DNA of 64,000 bases from Fimbriosthenelais zetlandica (Eukaryota). Location of the stretch: the NCBI GenBank assembly GCA_977030845.1, contig OZ365113.1, positions 38,936,001 to 39,000,000 on the forward strand, in the 5' to 3' direction. Of this stretch, positions 52,501 through 63,000 are shown piece after piece. Both the position numbers and the translations under genes were made by a program. Below the pieces are notes generated by a model that did not search any database, was not told the origin of the DNA, and saw only the letters and a program-made list of their open reading frames with translations. Every line of letters begins with the position of its first letter. The stretch's first letter is position 1.

Positions 52501-55500
52501 TTTTATTAATTTTTTATTTGTTTTCTTCTATTTAATCATCTTTAGAATTATAAAGTGTATATCTCAGATATAGCCTACTCTTAACTAAGAAAGATTGAGT
52601 GACCATATTTTACTTTTTGAAAAGAAAAGCTTTACACAAGCTTTAGTTTTACCTTGAAGTTAGTTGATTAATTAGGTATATACATAAAAGCGTGCTAGAA
52701 TGTCTTAAAGACGCTTCTTTCTCATATCTTACCAGGTGACAATGAATTGATTGAAAGTCTATTATACGATGCGGAGGCAACACGCGGCGCTCTGGCGAAC
52801 TGGATGAAGGAGAATCGCGATGGCTCCCTCAATGACAATGCATCAAGAAGGTAAAGCAAAGCAATACACAGATAGGGAGAAACTTGCTGAGGATTTCAGT
52901 CTTGAAGCTGAAGGCCTGCTTGTCTTCGAGACGATCACTGAAGTCTCTCCTCTCCTACATCTGCCTTTGCCCTAGCTTACCCTATTCCAGCTTGATATAG
53001 ATGTTGTACCCTTTTCTTTGAATGAACCTATTATCTATACACTCGTTTGGAAGTAACTTGTGGCTGATCTCCTTGCCCACATGTTTGGCTCTCCTTCAGT
53101 CAATCAAACTGTTTTTAGGCTGACAGAAAAAGAGAACATGAGGCAAAATTGAGGAAGAAATTGTTAAGCTCATAAACTAAATGAACTGAAAATTCATCTT
53201 AAAAGAAGGATATTATTTGATAAGCATTTTGAAAAGGAAATTTTATACTTTGTTTTATCCAGTACTGACATTGTGTATCTATGTGGAGTGCTTGGGACTC
53301 GTTACATCTATTAACTATCTAGCTAGTTGTAGATTACAATTTCTGGATATCAGAATCATTGCCTATCAAGAGCCTCATCAGATTCAAGTTTCTGTAAGAT
53401 TTCCTCGAGTTACCCTCAAAGTAACTTACAAACCATTATGACCTTTAATTGCCCCCTACTCAGTCACTCATATAGATTTATGGCTATTAAAAAGTGAAAT
53501 ACAAATTGCTTTTATTTCATGATATTAAAAAGAACTTTCATGAGAAGAATATTCTCTCTAAGTGACAACATATTTAGCCATTCAGTTAAAAAGCTCTGAA
53601 AGTCTGATGCATGGACATTATATTATGCGTTGGATATAACAAAACGTCCATATCAGTCACTGACATAAATTCTCAGCAGAAACTCATGAAATAACGTAAT
53701 TTTCATTCATTCAACACAGTTTAATAATAAATATTGAATTCATTTATTTATCCTTGGAAGAAGGCAGTATCAAGATTAAGTGTACATGCATAGATAAGTG
53801 AATCCGCATGTGTCAATCTCTGAGAATTTATTACAGTGTTGAAGATTAAACGTACTATTTTCCATGTTGGTTGGTAGTCCTGTGTTACTTGCCACAATGC
53901 TTGAGATATGCAATACAATCTGACTCACCATTCAAAAGCACTGTTTCTTCAAGGGTGTCACTGTCACCTTCTGAGCCCCGAGTCCTCTCACCTGCCCCCA
54001 TCAGCTAACCAAAATATTATCAGTTTTTTCACAATCACCAGAAAAATCGTCCAGAAAATTATCAGATTGTGTGCCTACTTCTTGCTATAGTGGCACCGGA
54101 AAACCCCAATGTAATCTGTCTAATAAGTTGTTGTTTTGCACCATATGCTTGGTTAGCGTTGTTGCTGGGAGGGTTGGCCACTTTTTATACTAATTTATTC
54201 ATTCCCTCCTCTCCTATGCCAATGCACAGTAATTGCACAACCGCATACAGCACGTGCACCCCGGACTTCAGCCCAAGGTAACGTTTAACATCAATCTAAG
54301 CATTATAGTTGATCATCGTAAGAGTGTAGGCTCATCCCACAGGCCATTTCTATTGTCCCATTCACCTCGAAAATTGGCGAGGATGTCTCTTGGTTAGCTA
54401 GGGCTGTCAATGAACCTGAATAGACCATCAGATGCATATTATTTCATCACCGAGCTGGGACATAATAGAGTACTCGAGGTACGAGGTACTAGATCTAGAT
54501 GTCCTTTAATTAATTGTCAAACATACAATATTCTCTGGTCATTCCCATGATTTATTCTTGGAATGTTCCAATTGATTTTGGAAAAAGAAAAAGGTGGGTT
54601 GGTGGCGGGGGGTTGGGGGGTTGGGTGGGGCTAAAGACATGGGGGGAAATGGTCTGAGAAAGTTTATTGATAATCAGTATAGTGACTAGATTAAACGTGT
54701 TATTATAAGGCTTTTTTCGGATGAAGTTGATCCTCTTTGCCAAAGATAAGATTCATTATGTTAAGGAAGCTGTTGTAATATAACTCCAATAACACAAATC
54801 ACACTTGATCATATTAATGCTAAAGGAATAGTGGTTGGCCAAAGATTGTCCATTTTCCTTTTGGATTTTCTATTCAGTCACATATATTCCATAAAAATCA
54901 ATTATTATTTGTGATTTCATTCATATTTTCCCAGATATCCAACAGAATGAATATTGATTGTTATTCCATATCAATGATATATTTTACGTTTCAATCGTTT
55001 CACCTCTGGAAATATGAATGAATGATTTTGGTTCCAATCAAGAGGGGAATCTTTCCCATGCAATAAAATATAACATAGGAAATGTCTATAAAATCAGTAA
55101 TAGATTGTCCCTAATCTAATCGTTTATAATAATGGTATTAAACACTTACAGCGTATTAGATTATATATAAATCATAGTGTACAGTATATCAATATCAATA
55201 GCTTAGAAAATGTTAAAAGAATTTTATTTGGAGAAAAACAAAATATAATCAATGCTAGGATTTTGTCTTTAGCAAACAAAATGTAGCATGAAGCATGTAT
55301 TCTCTATAATAGATATCATCTGCCGTAGAGAAGCTCAATATTCTATCATCTAGAGGCATGGGGGTCTCTATAGTCATACTACACAGGCTCTTCTCATTCT
55401 TTTAATTTTACGTTTGATTAAGTTTTTGTGAGGTAGGCACTAATGACCGTGCTTGAGAAAGAACATGTGGAAAATCATATTTGTCGTTCAGAAATGAAAC

Positions 55501-58500
55501 TCTGGTAAATGCTCCTGCACATGACAAATACAAACTTTTCTGCAAGCATTCTCATAATTAGCATATTCAATCAATTGTCATATAATTAGCATATTCAATC
55601 AATTGTCATATAATTAGCATATTCAATCAATTTGAAATGAAACATAAAGTTATGTTCACATCTAGTGCCTTCACATGAAAATCTAAAACGTGTATTACTG
55701 GAAAAATATAATCAATTATTGTAGAAATTTCTGCTACTCTTATATTTAGAGAAACAGAATTCCAATAAATTCTTCGAGCAATTATTAAAGTCATGTAAAG
55801 AAACCAATTTTTGCGTTAAAGATAAAACATAAGCTAGATAGCCTAATTTACACATCTTCACTGAATGATAGATTATGTGGCATTTACCACAATCTTGAGC
55901 ATGTATATAGGAACAGAAGTCTTCTTCAACCAAACTGACATCAGAGAAACGGTAGGTCAGGCTAACAATACCTGTAGTATAATACCTACACACGAGCTGA
56001 GGGCAGTGTGAGTTAATGGCTGAGAAACATCTTATTATCAACTGTATAGATACAGAGGTAATGTCATGTCGTAACACTGCTGTCAACGAACCAAGTCTTC
56101 CCTCGTTTTATAAGGGAACCTACATGTATTCACATTCCTAATACATCCCTTCATATCTGGGAGGGGAATTAACATTTTATTGTTTATTATTTTTTATTTG
56201 CTTAAGGAAAGGGAGTGTACTGCACAATTTCTGGCATGTCCAGGGGGCTTTGCATGTTTGTTATATGTAGAGGGTTCTTAAAACTCCCGTAATTATCACT
56301 TAAGAAATGAGGCACCATAGACTTCAAATAGCCATAAGTATGGTCGATTGTAAAGTAAGTATTGGGATCTAGAATTCCAACTGACTACTTAAACCAAGTC
56401 TTGTCCCTGTGAGTGTGTAATACATGGTAATGTGTATCAAGTGACAGTAGATCAGAAGTGATGATCTGATGATCAAATAACGTGCATGTCATACCCTGTA
56501 CTAGTCAATTACCAGTTCACTTTTGATAAATCCATGTGGTGATTCGTTTTCCTGTATGTGACTGTTCCGATACATTCAGCATTTTTTCTCATTCAGCTGT
56601 CATTTTTACATTTCAGAACACTAAAGAAACTTTTAATTCGAAAAATTAAAATTTTTGAAGGCATGAAAGTTTATTCGGCATGGGGAAAATTTGTACTAAT
56701 CGGATGTACTATTCTTTCTGGCTTAGAGAACTTCATGAAATATGCTTGTAGAGAATGTTTCATACTCCTTACATGGTATTTTATATTTTTTTCCTTTTCA
56801 GAAACGGTATTGAACTGGTCTTCCTCGGAACGAAGGGTGGTTTAACGCGATACCGTTATTTGGTGGAGAATGCCACTGATCCGTACGTCATCTTTCACTG
56901 ATTATTCTCCCATTTTAAAAATGTTTACATTATTATTATTTCTTTTCATATTGTTTCGATTCAGTTTGCTTTGTCCACCCCTTCCTTCATTTGCCCTGAC
57001 TGACCCTGCTCATAGTTCTAAAGGTATAATAGGTATATATAATACTTCGGATATCATTACAGCTCATTCATAGACAACAATGTGAATACCATTCAAGAGC
57101 TCTATTATAAACGTGCTGTAGAAGGAGGGGAGAGTGTATTCACATTTTCTGTGCCTTTCAATGCTGGTAAGTCATACAAGATTAAGTTATTACACGTTTT
57201 CATATAATATCCAATTGCCTATAATATTGTATTTTTATAACAAAAACAATAATCCATAACGATCTTGCTTTGGTGATTATTTGATTCAAAAACTATTTCA
57301 GGGGAGGAATTTATGTGGAATAATACAGTCGTCACTGCCAGTTCACCTATCACTATACAAGAGGATGGCAGGGAAGCTGTCGCAGCGGTAGTCGGCCTAC
57401 AAATGTCCTACGACAAATTCTATGAATTCTTCATCAACCAAACTCGAATTTGTCCATCCAAAGATGCTCCTTGTAACCTTACATGTGAAAGCCCAGTACG
57501 TTCTCAGCAACTATCATCAGATACAAATAATCAGTTATTTGTTCATTAATTAGTTTTTTCGAAAACTCTTCACATTAAAAATGATTTTTCCGTGTCCTTT
57601 TAGGCTCTAGACTGTTATCTCTTAGACAACAATGGATTCGTGGTCCTCTCGGAGAACAGAGCTGAGGTAAGTTTCTTCAAACCCTATATTCTATGATCAT
57701 TGATGTTAATTAATATGTTATATAACATGATTTCAAAAGTAAATGTCTTTTGATTAATCGGAATGAACACTTTTTTTTGCAGATTGGAAAGTTCTTTGGT
57801 GGTCTAGATGCAACACTTATGAAAGAACTTATCCAAAATGAGGGCTCAGACAAAGGAGTATTTAAAAGGTACGGTAATTCTTTCTATATCCTTATACACT
57901 GAAGGTTTCCTGCAACTTGTCCAACAACGCATTTTAACCAAATTTCTGCTTTCAGAGTTCAAATGCATGATTTCCAAGGAATGTGTGAGATCTGGGAGAG
58001 AGGTGGATCGGGGGCCAGCTCTCTCTTTATAAATGTAAGTATATCAACCTTGACAAGTTTTGATCTTTTATAACTAATTTAAACATGAAGGAAATCTTCC
58101 AGTATTTGAGAATTACTTGTTTTGATAATTGCCTTCATTTTTACAGCCTTTGAAAAAACTTTTCTCGTCACTGTCTTGGATTGTGCAAGAGATCGCCCTG
58201 TAAGTATAATATAATTATGTGATTTCGATCTTAGTATTTAATATTATATGTATAATATAGGAATATAAAATAATCTAAATCCTTAAAGATTTGTTGTTTT
58301 TGATTGCAGATAGACTCCTTGAAAATAAAAATAATAATGATTTGCAATTTGTCATTGAGGATAATGCTTTTTTGCCTGTACCCATTGAAGAACGCCATTT
58401 TTCTCTTGTAGATTTCTGGTGCAGTTCAATCTATTTAGCTGGTGGAATAGTGGCTACATGACTGTGCGAGGTAAGTCTTCCTTTCAACTTCCTAACAGGT

Positions 58501-59981
58501 TGATTCGATTTCTGACAAATAGTACACTTGAAACTTTATGGAAAAGTAAATTTTCTCCAACATGAAAAGAACATTCTCTTTTCTTAACAGAATCACATTA
58601 CACTCATTCAAAGATGCCATTTGTCATGATATTTCATGATTTCGTTTTTGTCCGTATTGAATCATTTCTCACACATTTTTTGTTATCAACAACACATTTA
58701 CACATGACACATGTTGGTGTCCATACTTGAATCAATGGTCCAAAACACCTTTTCTAAACTATTTTAAACCTGGTTGTCTTCAGCTTCGGCTGTACAAGAT
58801 AGTCCAGCAATGGCAGTAGAATATATTAATGATAGATTTAAGGACTCTAATGCCTTACTTCAAGCCATTCCATTGTACCCATGTACTTTTGCTTACTACC
58901 TTCCTGGGAAGTTTCTTGAAGGAAGTAAATAATTGTGGAATGTTGATTGGCCTGCTGCGGCACAAATGTCCAGCTTATTTTTCCGCATTGAATAAATACT
59001 TAGAATTGATTGGCTGGTGATCTGGAGGTCTATAGGCTCAGCATTTGACTCCTCTATGGGATAATAAGGCATTGTTATCAAGTCCTCCGAGGAATATTAG
59101 TGAGATTAAGGCCATTTCCCTCAAGATGAAATTCTCCTGATGATGTAGTCTACTTAAATGGCATCTCTGCACTCATTGAAAACATGTCAATTTTACAGGA
59201 ATATGACATATGCATGTACCATTTATTCAGTTCACATATATTTTCTCATTACAATTACTTATATTTTCCTCACACCCCATATAATATTTTGATTGGTTCT
59301 TTAGATTCGTTGACTGTTTTCATTGGTTTCTGTCACCAACGTTGATATCCTCAAATTTCCAAAACTATAATCTCAAAGTACCTATATATATATTGATTCC
59401 TACCCATACCAAATGAGAAGAATGCTGTGTGCACCTCATGATACAATATAAACAATAGTTCGCTGTTGGTTCCAAGTCATGGGGAACAACTATTGTTCAA
59501 TCTTGAGTGGAAAACCTACTGTCACCAGGACTCTCTCTGGTCTGCTTTGCCTTCCGTTCCAAAGTTCTGTGTTGTTATTTTCCTTACATGTGAAGCTTTT
59601 TGACATTTATTCACTCCTATTGGAATTCAAATTACATTCAAAGTTGAATATATTCCACCTTACTCCTCACTGTAACAAGTGTACATTCACATATAAATAT
59701 AGTTCTAGTCCTTCTTTGTCCTCCAATGCCAAAGGAGTCAAACAACTCAAACACTACACATACTGTACAATCATACATTTTGATCAATGCTTTGAAAACG
59801 TGGAACACCACATAGGAGTTGGATAAATGCTGTTACCGCCATTTGAAAACAAACCCTGCTCCGAATGAAAATGGCATGAATAGAAGCATACTTCTTGGGA
59901 GATATTGCATTCATTGTGTGTCCACTTGAACTGATGACAATTGACCCCTAATCACCACCTCTCAACTGTAAGTGTTCCACA

Positions 59982-60017
<36 letters not shown>

Positions 60018-63000
60018 CTCTCTCTTGTTATCTTTCTCACCTCTCTAAGATTACTACCCTGCATGGAGAACAGCATCAAGGATATCTTGAATTGGTTTTT
60101 GTCATCTTTGGAAGGCCTGTGATTTCATTCATTTATTCAATGCCTCATTTAATTTCCCCCCGAATATTGGATGATAGGAATGAAAGCCTGCTACCTGGAC
60201 TCAGGCTCTAGCTTCTGCTCTCCCCCCGCCCCCCTCCCCGACCAAAATAAAATCAAATCTGACATTATGTGTTTAATTCCGGTTCAAAACGCATCTCTCT
60301 CTCACCTCAGCCATGTTGTGATCCCTTTTTGATGGGGCCTCCATCTCATAATCATTATTCTTGAGGACAATTATGGAACATCAAATGTTTGATTTTGTGT
60401 TTGTCACGTATCTCATCCATATGTGTCTTGCAACTAGATTCATTTGTCATTTGCTTGGAGTTCTGGTCCACGTTGTTCCTTATCGTCTTTACCCCACCTG
60501 TCTCGTGTGACATGACATCAAGTGTCCCCAGTACTGCTAGCTTTTTGTAACCCTGCGTGTCTATGTTACTTTGTATATAGCAGCAGAAAAGTATCGCAGA
60601 GGCCCGGTAATTCTTACATGTGATAAGACACAATTACTGCATTGGTCGAATTGCCTTAGGCCAAACACCACTACACTTTTACTCCAAGACCGAATCATGA
60701 CATGTAATCTTTCTTGTGAAAAGTAAGTTTAATATTATTCTCCCTGGACATGGATTCATGGTGATGGGCTGGTGATGGACAAATCCTTCATTTCTTACCT
60801 TTATTTTTTTGGGCCTTTTTCTCATGGCAAAAAGTAGTAGAGCTAACTGTTTTGATGTAGATTGTAGATGGCCAGAAGTTTACCTTTCATTTAATGATTT
60901 GAAAAAGATGAAAGAACAAAGATTATTGGTAATATTGTATCAAGTTTGTCTAGTGGTATGTAGCATTCAATTGGTGGCTATTTTAGTGTGGTTTTTGTAT
61001 GATGTAAATTGTGAAAATTGGCTGGTAGATGTATTGATTGATGTTCCCTAGCCCAAAATACAAAGACTGGTACTTCCATTTTGAATAAACCTGTTCTGTC
61101 TGACAGAGCTAGAGCTTTGGGAACAACAATCACTGATTCAGTGATTCAGTGAGCTTTTAAATGTTCATTTTTTAAATTTTGATGTCCATACTATATATGA
61201 GGCTATTTTGGGGGTGACTTCCGATAGACTTGAAACAACTACTTATGGCTGATACTTTATTTCAAGCAATTCCATTGTAGCCATGTGCTTTTAGTTTCGT
61301 ATATTATTGAGGAGTTCCTGAGAATTTCCTGTTTCTGCCTGATGTTGAAACAGGAATTTTATGAAGGCAGTAAATAATAGCAGAATGCTGATTGGCCCTT
61401 GTTGGTGACATGATTGTATACAACTCTCATGAGTGAAATAATTATCGGCTTCTGGTCTGGAAGCACATGGGCTGAGCAATTGACTTGTCCTTCGAGGATG
61501 TTTATTGAGATAAAGGCCATTTATTCACGTTTGTTGGGGGGATTTCTGAAAGTGAAAAAATCCTGAATTCTTAGTCTCCTCTTGTGACATCTCTGGATCC
61601 CCTATAAGCTATTGTAATCCCTTCTTTTTACCCTTGTAATATTGTACATCAATATATAGCACACTGCCACTATTCTAGCTAAGTCTTCCTTCCCATCCCA
61701 TCCCATTTGCCATGAGTTACGGCACCTTACTGCCTCTTCAGGCACAGTCATCCATCCTGAGCTTGAAGTCCTTGTCACTGGGGCTACTGGTGGCTACTAT
61801 GATCACACTGATGGTGGAGAGGACAGAAGAAAAGACAAGAATCCAGATGATGTCTCCATCACTGTTGAGGAAGAAGGTGAGGGAGGCGGTGATGGGGACA
61901 TTAATGAATACCAATATGACGAAGAGGAGGAAACTCAGAACTATCCGTGGCTTGACACAGTTGGGGTCCTTCTTCGCAACATGGACCGGAAAGAGAAGCG
62001 TAATTTCATGAAGGAATACTACAACCTTGTCAGACAGGATCGAAGTGATGAATTCATCCAAATCTGGCTGGATAAGAAAGTCCGACGGTATGGACCTAAG
62101 CTTATTGGACATCGTACTTGTCGGCGAGATTTTGGACTCTTCCTTTTAGCAGAACCTCACCGCCACCAGCAGTGGAATGGCTCACGTGACTGCCCTGAGA
62201 ATAAGTGTAAAAAGTGAGTAACCCCGCTGCAACACACATAACCAGTGCAGTCAACTTACCAAAATACCTTATTTCCCCGTCCTGTCCAACACCACAAAAT
62301 ATTCCGTGGCATCAGTTATGAGAAATGTTTTCTTTCTTAATTCAGAGTTCCTGGATGAAATTCATCTTATTCTTATTTTATATATATATACATATCTCAT
62401 GAGTCATTGTCATTTCTGTCCTTGTCCTGTACATATTTATTTAATTCTCAATGGTATTGATATTGCCATGCAAGAATGAATGCATTTTACAAGCCTTTTT
62501 CAATATTTTCTTGATCAAACTCAAGCATGTTGATCTGACTTAAATCAATATCTTTCACGCTTGTGGTCACGTTCTTCATTGTGATTGAATGAGGTCATGA
62601 CATTATCTGCTTACAGCAACCAATTAAAATAACATGATAAACGACATGCTAAAAGGGCTAGCAAGAACGGGTAGAAGGAAACTTTTTTAAGAAGCTTTAG
62701 TTTAAAATGTTTTTTGTAATGGGAGATTTGTCCATCTATTTCTGAGTAAGGATAGGCCAAAATAATAATGCAGTTAATTCAATTGACTGAGTTTCAGATC
62801 ACAGCATATTCTTAAAATCCAATAGCATGGCTAAGAAAGATAATCATGAAGTAAAGTGGTGCAATGGGCCTAATGCATTTGGAGCATTTTGCCAACCAGA
62901 AAAAGGGGCCATGTTCCTCGAGTACATGGCCTCGACGTGACTGATGCCCCCTCCCTACAAACATGTACATATTACTATGCACACCTGCCGCCTCCTTGCG

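Noticed and set aside
55911-55951. AG...GTAGGT-bounded segment in the phase-2 intron
   Set aside because: 41 nt (or 35 nt), not a multiple of 3, and no homology.
58784-58932. Phase-1 acceptor with a 49-codon ORF ending FLEGSK* and an AATAAA at 58991, a possible alternative terminal exon
   Set aside because: It overlaps the duplicated element whose second copy has stops in the same frame, and lacks the delta Cys scaffold. More likely non-coding, though not excluded.
61738-62112. 124-aa hydrophobic minus-strand ORF
   Set aside because: Antisense shadow of the acidic, purine-rich plus-strand exon variant b.
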